A stretch of DNA of 62,364 nt, filler included, from Collodictyon triciliatum (GCA_043381765.1; 17 parts of 17 records of this genome joined end to end with filler, not necessarily neighbours in it); one strand, 5' to 3'; counted from the first letter of the whole stretch, positions 40,778 through 54,401 are shown. Numbers and translations are program-made. Notes: generated by a model from the sequence alone, not told the origin.

Positions 40778-42502
40778 ACTCGGAGACAGTACAATGGCGG
40801 GTGTGAATTAAATCCAAAGAGAAAATAGATTTGCTGAGAAGACGGGCAATATCTCATATACAACCTTAAACTATAACATGAATGCCAGCCTCACGGAACT
40901 AATGCACGATTTTTGATTAAAGCTCCATTATTTCCTTCCTGCTCACTCTTTCTGTATGCATTTATTGTTCCCGGTTGATTATTCTNNNNNNNNNNNNNNN
41001 NNNNNNNNNNNNNNNNNNNNNNNNNNNNNTTAATTAATTAANNNNNNNNNNNNNNNNNNNNNNNNNNNNNNNNNNNNNNNNNNNNTAGAAAGGTCACACC
41101 GAAATAGGGATAACTGAAGTATCTTCAAAAGAAACAAAACAAACCATGCAAACAAAGCAAACAAACAAAACAAAACAAAACAAAACAAAACAAAACAGAT
41201 CAAATAAAATAAAGTGAACTTCAGACGAATCGCTTTGACGCATTTCCCTTTCGAAGGGTATCCAGTAGTTCTTGGGTGGCTTTTGATTTATGTAGTCTTT
41301 GATGGTAAAACCCCACAATTGTGTCCTATCTCATATGTCGCTCATGCGAAACTACATCGTCCTGAGCCCATAGTTATAATTTTGTTCTGGCTGTTTTTTT
41401 TTTTTTTTAAAAAAAAAAAACATCATTTTTGAATTCTTGGTTCCGTTTTCATGGTGGTAAAGAAGTGCTTCATTTACATCTTTCGATTGTTTCTTTTTCT
41501 AAAAAAAATCTCCATGAATTACTACCGCCGGCAAAAGCCTTCCTCACTGAAGTTGTATAGCTCTGTCTTTGATGTTACATACTAGATTGTGTTAGATGTT
41601 CTTTGTGAACTGAATACGTTATGTTGCGGACACATAGATATTAATTGCATAATGCTGCTTTCTTTTTTATGGTATCACCTTGCTAAGATTGCTCATGTCC
41701 ATCACAGAAAGGGCATATGAATGGCTTATTTTAAAAAAAAAATTCATGCCTTGTGATGGAATGAAATGAATGGCATGGAAAATAGAAACAGAAGCGCAGT
41801 GTTAACTGGGATATGCATCGTGATTTACACTGTCACGTTCACTCTCATGATGTTTTCGGATTTTTCAATAATCAAAATGACTCTTTATTTTGTTCAACTC
41901 GGACTACAGCTGAAGATATATTACTCCCCCGACACAGAGAGGCGGGAAAAAAATAACACTCGATTGCGAGAGTCAGTATTGTGGTGTGTAATAAAAATAC
42001 GTTGTATCCTCGATAACCACCTCATTGTATCTTTACGTATGACTATTTCATATCGGTACCTGGGGGCGGAGTGGCAAAGAAGTTTGCATGCGATTTTGGT
42101 TGCTTTTTTATCCTTCTTTTTTCTGCCCTTATTGCGATGCTACACCCATCTAACCACTGGCTTCGGACACAAGCAGCTTAACAGAAGTGTATGGGACGAT
42201 GTCACGCCGAAAACAAAGGCTACATGCTGCTTATATTATTATACTGATTAATATATATTTAGTTCATTAAATATTCAGATTAATTCATTATTGGTGAAAT
42301 TCAGTCTAATTACACATAAATTCCATATATATAAATGATTCACAATTGCGGAAAATATATTTTGAGATGAAGCCATCTGCATAAATCAACAAAAAAAAGG
42401 GAAAAAAGTTAGAAGGAAGCCGCTGCAAGAAGGCGTTGGCCAGCGAGCAAACAGACAAACATAGCACACAAGGGAATTGTATAGGTCAAATCCTTTCGCA
42501 GC

Positions 42503-44371
42503 ATGGCCTCCTTGGATGAGCTCATTGAACTTTATGTGGAGGAGATCGCTCTGGAGGGAATCTTTGGTAAACGTTTTTTTAACATTCCCACACGGTTTTT
42601 CTTTATCTTTTCCCCTTTCGACGCAGCGGGTTGTTTCTTTGCCTCTATGAATCTTGATTAAGTTTTCCTTTATCCCACCATCATGAGAATAATCATAAGT
42701 GGCATGGACTCTTGAAAAGCGTTAACGACGTTGCCGCAAAGCGGGTAGATTTCATAAGCTATTCACATTTTCTTTTTTCTTTTTTCTTTTATATTTATGT
42801 ATCTCCAGGAATCACACCTCAAAGCCTTTACTCTTTGGTTTCATCCCGTTCGGGGTTCGATTCGCTTTTGACTCCCGAAGTCCACATCCGCATGGTTAAT
42901 AAAGTAATGCAGAGGCATGACATGAAGATGGTCCACGCTCGAAAGGTGGCATGATTTATCGCTTCATATATGCGATACATCCTTTGGTCAAGTCACATAT
43001 GGTTTTAGCGCTCAACAACACTGATTATTTATTATTATTTTGCAACTCGATATCAAAAAGGATTTTCCGACATGCAGAACGTCGAGCTTTGAAAACAAAG
43101 AGTATGACGCATATTGTTCAGATGGATTTAATCATAGTGATTTTGATTTTGATTTTGATATTGTAATGATATAGAGGCCCTCTTGTGTTTTTTCTTCTAA
43201 AAACAATAGTTCTCTTTTATGATATTGAAATTTATGTGGTACAATCCAACAACAAATCGAATATTGAATAAAGGAGGCATATTTTGGCTCTTCACTCACC
43301 CCAAAATAGGAGACTATTCGAGGCAACTATGAGCCATATTGGTGAAATTGCGAATATATCATCATGGGACCCTTCCATAATGCCTCAAAACGAAGTCGAC
43401 GAATTCAGACTTGTGTGTTCTTACCAAACGCGTCTCTTCTATCTTGGCATTATTGATGTATGATATCGCACTTCACATCGATTTACTTTCTATCGTATAT
43501 GTTTGCCCTTTATGAAAAATACTGATAAAGTATGAAAACCCCACTGATTTATTATCGGTACAGCCATCTCTTCATTTGCGGGATCAAGGATTTCGAATTT
43601 TGGAAACAATCGCGTCTCATCGATATGAGGGTGTTTATCAAACAGAATTGACGAAACAATTTAACACGGAGCCAAAGAATATGTTTCACCAAATCAAGCT
43701 CTTATATAGACACGGTTTGATGTAAGTAATTGCCTGGTTAATGTAGCTGTGCCCATTATTTTTTATTTCCTGATGTGTAATTATCTCTGAAATTAATTGT
43801 TAGAGAATGCCTGTATGTAATACAAAAATTTGGTTGTCTCATTAGTATCAGGAGAAAAGCGATTCGTTGTGGGTCAAACACATCTATTTTATTTTTGAAG
43901 AGATTCATTCCTCCCAAATATTCCTTCGCAGAGGCTGACGTTGTATGCTCCATTCAGTTTTCGAATTTGTCGATTTTTTAAATCAATATCATCTTGATCT
44001 TGAGATGCAATCATAGGATTTGTACTTGTTTGCATTTAGAATTTAACACTTTTTCAGATCATTTGCATTTGTATTAAAAACCAAACGAAACATACTGCAG
44101 CTGGAAGATGATGAGGAAGAAGAATGCATCGAATCTCAACAAAATATTTTAATTGACCAACATTTGGTCAAGCAAATATATAACGTAATATTATCAAATA
44201 CACTATAAATTGACTAATTAATTGATAATCTCATTTGTACTCACAATTTTAATTAAATTCTAAAATTGTGCTTTAAATTTCACTTCTTTTGTCTCCCATC
44301 CATTTTCAACTCGACTCCTTCTAAATGCAAAGCATATATTCGAATCAGGGTCAAAGGGTGTCCTGCAAAAG
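42503..44371 (+). CDS. GTF3C1: TFIIIC B-block-binding subunit (GTF3C1/Tfc3-like), 5' part
   Basis: MASLDELIELYVEEIALEGIF|G start and winged-helix exon FRILETIASHRYEGVYQTELTKQFNTEPKNMFHQIKLLYRHGLI. Confidence 0.85.
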
Positions 44372-44469
44372 GTTTATTTCGCTATATGATGCTTTTAATG
44401 AAAGTTTACGGTCTTAGATTTTGAAAGCTGATTCTATGATTGTGGTTCTTCTTCTTCTTCTTCTTCTTC

Positions 44470-44549
<80 letters not shown>

Positions 44550-44784
44550 NNNNNNNNNNNNNNNNNNNNNNNNNNNNNNNNNNNNNNNNNNNNTTAATTA
44601 ATTAANNNNNNNNNNNNNNNNNNNNNNNNNNNNNNNNNNNNNNNNNNNNCAAAAAGAGAAAATAACGAAATAGAAAAATGGAAGGTGAAAAAATCAAAAA
44701 AAAAAGTAGAAAAGAAAATGGAGTTTAAGATGTACTGAACTTTTTTTTTTATAAATATGTCCATGTAGCAGCTCCTGATGAGAC

Positions 44785-46352
44785 ATGCCACGGGATTATG
44801 GCACGGGATTATGATACTGGATTATGCTAAGGGATTATGATACGGGATTATGCCACCACGGGTTATGCCACTGGATTATGATGCGGGGTTATGCTACGGG
44901 ATTATGACACGGGATTATGCCACGGGATTATGATACGGGATTATGATACTGGATTATGATACTGGATTATGTCACGGGATTATGACACGGGATTATGACA
45001 CGGGATTATGCCACGGGATTATGGTATGGGATTATGCCGCGGGATAATGCCACGGGATTATGATACGGGATTATGATACGGGATTATGATACGGGATTAT
45101 GACACTGATTATGCCACGGGATTATACTACGGAATTTTAATACAGGATTATGCCACGGGATTATGGTATGGGATTATGACACGGGATTATGCCACTGGAT
45201 TATGATGCGGGGTTATGCTACGGGATTATGTCACGGGATTATGTCACGGGATTATGACACGGTATAATGACACGGGATTATGACACGGTATAATGACACG
45301 GGATTATGCCACGGTATTAAGGCACGGGATTATGACATGGGATTATGACACTACGGGATTATGATACGGGATTATGCCACGGGATTATGCCACGGGATTA
45401 TGCCACGGGATTATGGCACGGGATTATGATACCACGGGATTATGCCACGGGATTATGCCACGGGATTATGATACCACGGGATTAAGATACAGGATTATGA
45501 CACTACGGGATTATGATACGGGATTATGACACGGGGTTATGCCACTGGATTTGCCACGGGATTATGATGTGGGATTATGACACGGGGTTATGCCACTGGA
45601 TTTGCCACGGGATTATGATGTGGGATTATGACACGGGATTATGGCATGGGATTATGATACTGGATTATGACACGGGATTATGGCACGGAATTATGACACA
45701 GGATTATGCCACGGGATTATGACACTGGATTATGCACAGGATTATACTGCGGGTTATGCCACGGGATAATGATACGGGATTATGATACTGGATTATGCCA
45801 CGGGATTATGCTACGGGATTATGACGCCGGATTATGACACAGGATTTTGCTACGGGATTATGCCACGGGATTATGACACGGGATTATGCACGGGATTATA
45901 CACGGGATTATGATAATGGATTATGCCACGGGATTATGCCACGGGATTATGACACCGGATTAAGATACAGGATTATGACACGGGGTTATGCTACGGGATT
46001 ATGCCACGGGATTATGACACGGGATTATGCTACGGGATAATGCTACGGGGTTATGCCACGGGATTATGACACGAGACATGCTACGGGGTATGATACGGGA
46101 TTATGACACGGGATTATGACACGGGATATGCCACGGGATTATGGTACGGGATTATGACACTGATTATGACACGGATTAAGCCACGGGATTATGCTACGGG
46201 ATTATGCCACGGGATTAAGATACAGGATTATGACACGGGATTATGGACGGGATTATACTGCGGGATTATGACACGGGATTATGCCACGGGATTATTACAC
46301 CACAGGATTATGACACGGGATTTGATACGGGATTATGATACGAGATTATGAC
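44785..46352 (+). repeat. Degenerate 13-bp minisatellite, consensus GGGATTATG(A/C)(C/T)AC, roughly 120 units
   Basis: Directly visible tandem array about 1.57 kb long. Confidence 0.97.
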
Positions 46353-46540
46353 GCCATAAATCAATGGTTTACTATATCACTGGGTGGGATGTTTTGTATT
46401 TGTATAATATATGTTTTTTCTTTTTTTCTTTTTTCTTTTATCTTTTTTATCTTTTTATTTTATTCTTTTTCCTTTTTTTTTCTTTTTTTTCTTTTTTTTC
46501 TTTTTTTTCTTTTTTTTCTTTTTTTTCTTTTTTTTCTTTT

Positions 46541-46571
<31 letters not shown>

Positions 46572-46608
46572 TTTTTTTTCTTTTTTTTCTTTTTTTCTTT
46601 TTTTCTTT

Positions 46609-46639
<31 letters not shown>

Positions 46640-47420
46640 CTTTTTTTTCTTTTTTTTCTTTTTTTCTTTTTTTTCATTTTTTTCATTTTTTTCATTTTTT
46701 TCTTTCCCCGGTGCGGAGCACGGGTACCACAGCTAGTATCATAATAATTACAAGTGGAAACCACAAGCAATCAAACAAAATTGATAAGTAACCCAATTCA
46801 ACTGACTAGATATTATTTGGTATATTTCGATGATGCATACATGCTTCATGAATAAGTTAGAACTTAATATTGATGAATTGCACTCCCATTTTAAATAGCT
46901 TTGGATAAGTTCACATACACCGCTAACAACCGTGTAATCACCACTTTTTGCTATATATCTTTTGAGTGGGTTTTTTCATTTATTTTTTTTTTGCTCTAAC
47001 TGTTTTGCTACAGCAATAATAAACATGATGTGTTGATGGCCTTTCATGTCACTTTCCGTTACCTGTAGGTGTTTTTTTACATCGCTGTCTTGGAGGAGGA
47101 GAGGACAATTATTTGGAGAAAGGGCGGATGCTGTTATGGTGGAGAGGTGGTGTAGCAGACGCCCTTTTACAGCGGACTATACAAGTCTGGAATATAGCTC
47201 ACCAGGAAATTTCGGGGAAGAACTCCACGCCAACATGACGAGAGAACAAGTCACCCGCCTCCCAACAGAGGTGTGGACATTGCAAAAGCGTGAGTCACAC
47301 CAAGGCGTCTTTCATATGTAAGGAACCTCCTACGCCTTGCTGTGTCTACCTTTATCCCTTTCTCCTGGCGAGAACAAAAAGCATCGTAGTGTTTTGAGAC
47401 TCGATATCCTCTCATTTCAG

Positions 47421-48113
47421 GTGGACGATGTCTTGGTGGAAGAGAGGATGTTCTCTCAGAGGTTGGCTAGGGGTGGGGTGGACGCTGTCTTGGAGGAAGG
47501 GTGAACGCTGTCTGAAGGGTAAATGGGTAGGGAGTGGTGGGGTGCACGCTGTCTCGGAGGAAGGGTGAACGCTGTCTGAAGGATAAAGGGGTGGGGTGTG
47601 GTGGGCTGGACGCTGTCTTGGTCGAGGGCTGGGTGCTGTCTTGGAGGAAGGGTGAACGCTGCCTGAAGGGTAAAGGGGGTGGGGTGTGGTGTGCTGGACG
47701 CTGTCTTGGTGGAAGGGTGAACGCTGCCTGAAGGGTAAGGGGGTGGGCTGGGGTGGGGTGGATACTGTCTTGGAGGAAGGGTGAACGCTGCCTGAAGGGT
47801 AAAGGGGTGGGATGGATACTGTCTTGGAGGAAGGGTGAACGCTGCCTGTAGGGTAAAGGGGTGGGGTGGGGTGGACGCTGTCTTGGTGGAGGGCTGGACG
47901 CTGTCCCAGAGGAGGCGTGGACGCTGTCTCGGAGGAAGGGTGAACACCTGCCTGAAGGGTAAAGGGGTGGGGTGGGGTGGGGCTGATGCTGTCTCGGAGG
48001 AGGGCTGGACGCTGCCCGAAGGGTAAAGGGGTGGGCTGGATACTGTCTTGGAGGAAGGGTGAACGCTGCCTGAAGGGTAAAGGGGTGGGGTGGGGTGGGG
48101 TGGGGGGGGTGGG
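47421..48113 (+). repeat. G-rich tandem repeat, about 55-60-bp unit (GGACGCTGTCTTGGAGGAAGGGTGAACGCTGCCTGAAGGGTAAAGGGGTGGGGT...)
   Basis: About 10 diverged copies running into the contig end; weaker copies near 47085-47150. Confidence 0.92.
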
Positions 48114-48213
48114 NNNNNNNNNNNNNNNNNNNNNNNNNNNNNNNNNNNNNNNNNNNNTTAATTAATTAANNNNNNNNNNNNNNNNNNNNNNNNNNNNNNN
48201 NNNNNNNNNNNNN

Positions 48214-51200
48214 CCCAATCCCAATCCCAATCCCAATCCCAATCCCAATCCCAATCCCAATCCCAATCCCAATCCCAATCCCAATCCCAATCTCTATCTC
48301 AGTCTCAATCCCAATCCCAGTCTCAGTCTCTGTCTCAATCCCAATCCCAGTCTCAGTCTCAGTCTCAGTCCCAATCCCAATCCCAATCTGAATCTCAATC
48401 TCTGTTGGTATCTAAGTCTAAAGATTCAGAAACTTCAAAATCCCTATCGGGAACTATTGAACTTGTACCTGAAATGACTATGGCCTACTTAGATGATTAT
48501 GGTTTTGATGTTTATGTCAAATTTGATATCGCGACCAACCAAGGAGAATTATCGGATCGTTTTGACTGTGACATGATATTCTATGAACTTTTTAACAATG
48601 TTTGTTATTGGGTAAATGAATTTACTGTGGCAATCCAAGGTTCATGTCCGTCTCGACTTCTTCTTGGAGATCAACTTGTTCTCGTTAGTGGTGTTATTCG
48701 TATGAAGAACGCGTTAGCCTCTGCTCCCTCTTCATCTGGCAAGATTTCTATAGGTTTTATGAATACAAAAGTTGAAATTAATGCTGCACTCTCTGGACCG
48801 CGGAGGATTGGATGGTGTTCACGTCTTGAATTAGACTCTTCTTATACTACTGTTTTTAATGCTAGGTGTCCTTTGTTGCGTTATCAGTGGATGTATTCAT
48901 CTATCCCTGAATTAAGTAACCATACTGAAAAGAATGCGATAGCCTCTGTTCTGAAAAATACATCTAGTTTACTCGAGTTGGCTAATGAATTACCCCCAGG
49001 TCACTTCTTTAACTTCACCTTGTCTGTTTCAATCACATCGGGGGTTTCTCAATCGTATACATTTACAATCGAAAAGGTATTCGACGCTCTTCCAGAAGTT
49101 TACCTAGACGGGCCCGAATCGCAACAAATATATCCATCTAAACCTTGGACAATGATGGGTCGAGTTGTTATCCCTTATTGCCTCAACGGAAACAAAATTA
49201 GCTACAGTTGGGAGCAAACTCACGGTGATTCTATTGATATTGACCTTCAAGAGAGATATACTAGTTCTGTTACATTTCGTCCATTTACCTTTAAGCCTCT
49301 AAAGACTTACAAATTTAAACTAATTGGATGCGTAGTCCATACTTCCGGTAATAGGACATGCAATTATGCAGCTGTTGAGTTAAAGACTTTAGATGAAGGT
49401 ATTTCCGCTTTTATATATGGAGGATCGGCTGGTGTGATTGGTACCCTCCATGACTTTACATTGGATGCTAGTGGTTCTTATGATCTTAATTTTGAGAGGA
49501 CAGACATATCTTCGTTGATATTTGAATGGAAATGTTTTAATATTTCTCTTCGGAGCCATTGCTCGTTCGCTAATTTCACTGAAGTGCTGATTAAAAACTC
49601 CCCCATAATCAGAGTCAATCAGTCAGAGAAACATGTGTTATTTCCTCCTGGTAGTTACCTTTTCACGGTGACAGTTGAGAAAATGTACGGTTATATTCGC
49701 TCTGGGACATATTCTAAACTGATAAAAGTAATTGATGGAGATCTTCCATTAGTTTCCATAAATCCAACTGATCATGTTCATTATTCCGTTTCCCGCCACA
49801 TTCGCTTTGTTGGTAGTGTAACTTTTATAGATGTCACATATATGTCGACAACTTGGTATATCAGAAGATGCGACGATAGTTCGTCAGAAGATGATTCCAT
49901 TACTTTTTCCCATTCAGCATTAAAGCTAACAATACCCCCAAATATGCTGAAACATGATTCCGAGTATATTGTTCGTCTTACAGTGTCGAACACCTTAACA
50001 GGTAGGCACGGTTACTCAGAGATCAGATTTATAACAGACATCGCTCCGTATGGTGGTAATTTTGACATACCATCAGATGGTGGCGACCAAATGTCGTTAT
50101 TTACTATGCAGGTTTCAAGTTGGGAAACAAAGAAGGAGAACGGCCCTTTGAAGTATGCCCTTGGCTTAGTGTTAGATCAAAATGGTCCAGAGATAATCGT
50201 ATCTTCCTTTGCATTATCTCACAGGCGCTTTATTTTAATGCCTGTTGGTCAGGAAAATTACTCATATACGAATTTTACTACAATTATAGTGGTACTATAC
50301 ATCTCTGATATTCACGATAATACAATTAAATTACAGAAAACGGTTCGTGTTAAACCACTCTCAATTATTACTGAAGATGATAAGATCAACTTTGCTACAA
50401 CATGGGTCACAAAAAATATGAGTATGGCACTAATTCAGGGAAACTTTGATCTCTTAATGCAATATAATTTAGGTACTATGTTGCTCCTAAGGTCAAATTT
50501 TCGTGGAAATAGAATCAAAAAATATACTATAGACACAAAAGAAGCGGCATGCACGAACTTTCAGAGAAGGGGTTCGGCCATTCGTCAAATAGCTCACAGG
50601 ATTTTAAGACAAGCAACTAATATAACCGTGTTTCACACAGGCGCTCAAGTTGATTCAACATTAAAACAGTATCATGAAAATCTCAACGATTTTTGTTTGG
50701 ACGAAACATTCGTCCTTGAAGCAACCCCTTACATGAGCGAATTAATGGGTACTTATTTTTCAACATCACTTTAAAAAAATTATAGTTATAAAAAAATCTG
50801 AAGATGAATTTGAATAATTCTTTAACATTATATCTTCCAATATACATCTTTAAAGCTAAAATAGGGACCAGCATTCCGCTGCTTGAAACGGGCTCCATTG
50901 TCCTGGAGATGTACTATAATCTCTTTTCCTCAGCATCCGCGCACAAAAACTCCACTGTAAGTGAAAATAAATTCCTAAGCGATCTGTTAGATATGGCGAA
51001 AAAATCTATGCAACTATTGGCCAGGTCGTATATGAAAAATCAATTTTGTGGCGAAGTTGGATACTTTGCAATGTCTCAGTTACTTGAGTTTATTTCATAC
51101 AAGGAATGTAACTTTCAAAATCCAAGGGAATTTGTAATGAAAATGTCGGAAAATTTGACATTCACTCCAAGCCCAGAAATTTTTACAAACATAGAAGATC

Positions 51201-51676
51201 CCATTTTACAAATAACAGCCACAAATAACAACTTTTATGAAACCCATTTGACACTCGTATCAACAATTTTGGATGTTTCTATAATAGATTCAAAAACTGA
51301 TCTCATAAAGAATGTAAACAACCTTACCCTACCGGTAATGATTTCGTTGAATAAAAGACATCTAATTGATGAGAATTATTCGGATTCAATCTCAATCTGC
51401 TCCTTTTATAACTATACATCATCTCAATGGGAGCAAACAGGATGTCACAAAAAGGAAGAAAGTAGTTCCAACGTCTTGTGCGCATGTGACAAGTTAGCAG
51501 CATTTGCATATTTATTGAGCACGGAAAAGATAAATGCAACGCAATCAATGACTAGACCGACATCCGTCAATCAATCTCAGTCTCAGTCTCAGTCTCAGTC
51601 TCAGTCTCAGTCTCAGTCTCAGTCTCAGTCTCAGTCTCAGTCTCAGTCTCAGTCTCAGTCTCAGTCTCAGTCTCAG
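48214..51676 (+). CDS. REJ-domain plus GAIN/GPS protein (polycystin-1/adhesion-GPCR-like ectodomain), partial; intron 50749-50855
   Basis: REJ-like motifs ([17 protein letters not shown]...[19 protein letters not shown]...PLKY) and [19 protein letters not shown]...[10 protein letters not shown]. The frame is open through (SQ)n repeats at both contig ends. Confidence 0.85.
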
Positions 51677-51776
51677 NNNNNNNNNNNNNNNNNNNNNNNN
51701 NNNNNNNNNNNNNNNNNNNNTTAATTAATTAANNNNNNNNNNNNNNNNNNNNNNNNNNNNNNNNNNNNNNNNNNNN

Positions 51777-52105
51777 TTGGGCCTCTGCAACAGCTGCGTC
51801 CAGATGCAAAAACATTCTGGGCAGTGACGCGAGGCCATTTGCTATGGACTATGTGGATAGCGCGCATATACTCACGCAAAGCAAGACTCAACAACCAGCC
51901 ACCCATTCCTGATAACAGGCTGGCTGATATCATTCAAATCTCTTTCCTCAATAGCTTTCTTCGCCACCTGCACGTTCTCTACTACTACGACCCTGTGACA
52001 AGAGACATGTGGAAAGAAGTTGTGAAAGACATCAAACTTCGCCATGTATCTCTTATGCAAGCACAAGACTCAGGCTACAGGTCAAACCGCAGATGCATTT
52101 CCTAA
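51777..52105 (+). mobile_element. LINE ORF2 C-terminal fragment
   Basis: FWAVTRGHLLWTMW...SFLNSFLRH aligns with LWTVTRGHMLWSLW...SFLNSLLKH of the 54636 copy. Confidence 0.75.
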
Positions 52106-52942
52106 ATAATGACTACTTCGCCATACAGACACCATTTAATCTGATAAAAACGAAGACCGTAGCCAAGATCATTTTTATCTAAATCTAAATATTGCTCTAA
52201 TGTATAATTATAGAAATATTTGCATTCCTTTGATGTGTGTGCGTAGGCATAGGGATTATGAAAAGCACTTCATGGATCTGACATTATTGTCTTGTCCTGT
52301 ACTTTGAACCAATTATTTGTATAATCTCTATAGAAGAGGGGAAATTTGCCTTCGGAAAACATTTAAGTCAGAACTCATAGAGGTTACAAATATTATGAAA
52401 TGTAAGTTTTCCTCAATCTCTCAGGTGAGAGAAACAATCCCTAAAATATGCTTCCGTGCTAAACCAGCCTGCACTGTAAACCTGGTAACGCCACCGGTCG
52501 CGATTAAAAACCCTAGAACACGTTGCACGGCGTCTCAAAGACATTTGATCTCCTTCAATTCAAGCAAATTAAGTGAAAAAATATTCAATCGTAACAAAAA
52601 TCTAGAAATTCGCATGCTTCACACGTTCATATAAAAAATCAAACTAATGATGCAGTAGTTTCTTAAAAATGAAATTCTAAAGACAGGTATCTAACTGCGA
52701 TGATATTCAAGAGCTCACAACAAATTGGAATTCCTCTCAGTCAGGTTGCGTTAACTTTAGTTTATGGATAAATAAAACCAATTATTCATGCCATTTAACT
52801 GCATTTGTCTGTTCATCTTTTCCATATCTCTACAGGATACCATCGTGTAGTATTACTAATAACCTAGTGCTCCCTTTTCTTTCTTCAATAACACATCAGT
52901 CTATATAAACTTTATTATCACTTAGGAGTCTGTTCAAACCAG

Positions 52943-54401
52943 ATGGATAATAATTATATGGGTCTGATAAAGTTACAAATGATAATTTTTTGTCTGGTAA
53001 TTATGGCAATCATCTCCGCATTGGATATTAACATACCTAACTATGCCGATCTCCCTATCTTTCGCACTAATAAATTTGTGAGTAACTTAAAATCTAAGTC
53101 GTTGCTGCCTAAGGGATCAGAGGTAATTTTTTCTTTCGTATAGGCCTCTTTCTTGTTACTTTTCTAATATTAGACGACAGAAATTGTATGTAGATACGCA
53201 CCTGATCAATAGTGGGCGATTCCATTCCAAAGCAATTCATTTACTTCCAGAGTATGATGATCTCTATACATTCCAAGAAACCTATCACTATGTCGAGCCG
53301 ACACTGACGAAGTACTGGGGAATGATTTTATTTTCAAAGGAAATTAAGACTACTTTAGAAGCACGAACAGCTAAGTTTAACTTATACACTCTAGGGCATA
53401 AGTTAAGAGAATATTGGATATTGGTAAATGCTAGTGCACAGATTATGACTCATGATCATGAACTTCTAGTTTCGGACAATAAAAGTATTTTTTCTGGAGG
53501 ATGTTCGACTCATAATACTTTTGGGAAGGATACTTATTTAGATACGAGTATATACACTTCTCAATGTCAATGGTCGAACGGAAATCCTTCTGTCAATGAT
53601 AAAGTGATCGTTTTGCCCATAGGAAGGTACAACAACATTGCATATTATCACTTTTGGACGGAAGCCATACCACACTGGTTCGTGCTACCTCAGAGTTTAA
53701 GAGACAATCCGAACATTAAGGTTTTGATAGACCCAGTGGCCGAGTTTATTTCATATGCTATCGATTCGTTGGGCATCGATCGTAGTAGGATAATTAGTGT
53801 TGACAGATTTGGTACCTGTAAGTATTCATTCAAAGAAATATATTTACCTACATTGCCCCTTTGTGCTGTTCCACAACTTCCAGAACTTAAGCTGCTACGA
53901 AATCATTTCGGCGTTAAAAACTTGGACCTTCTTCGTTACAAATTGCCAGACGGAAAGCCCCCTCTCAGACACGAATATCTTGGACAAACCAATTCCAAAA
54001 GAATGATTGTAATCAACAGAAGACAATCAAGGGCAGTGAACAATACCTCACAAATGGTTAAAGATCTCCAGAAGAAATATGCACCGGAATGGGAAGTCGT
54101 TCAATTTGACACCGTCAGCATGAGAGAAACTATGGAATTGTTTCTGCACGCCAAAATCATAATTGGCCACCATGGAGCTGGACTCGTTAACATGTTGTTC
54201 TCACACCACTCTGGTGTAATTGAAATACATGATGTCTCTCCAATGTCCCCTGGAAGACCTGGTGGAGTAACCATATGCTATGCAACTCTATCTAGACTTT
54301 TAGAATTTCCTTACATCGGCATTGAAGGAGACAGGCGCTACTACGATACTGAGAAAGTCCTCGAAAATGTTGAAAAATTAATAAAGATAATGGTTTCATA
54401 A
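52943..54401 (+). CDS. Glycosyltransferase family 61 (DUF563-like) type II membrane protein; intron 53123-53180
   Basis: N-terminal anchor, YYHFWTEAIP, IVINRRQSRAVNN and IIGHHGAGLVNMLF...GVIEI motifs; the phase-0 intron joins the two ORFs. Confidence 0.85.

Noticed and set aside
45513-46791. Short repetitive ORFs (DYDTGL.., poly-Phe, poly-Lys)
   Set aside because: Translations of satellite and T-rich simple repeats with frequent frame breaks.
48214-48290. (CCCAAT)n as a telomere
   Set aside because: It grades into TCTCAG units and is in frame as Ser-Gln with the REJ ORF.
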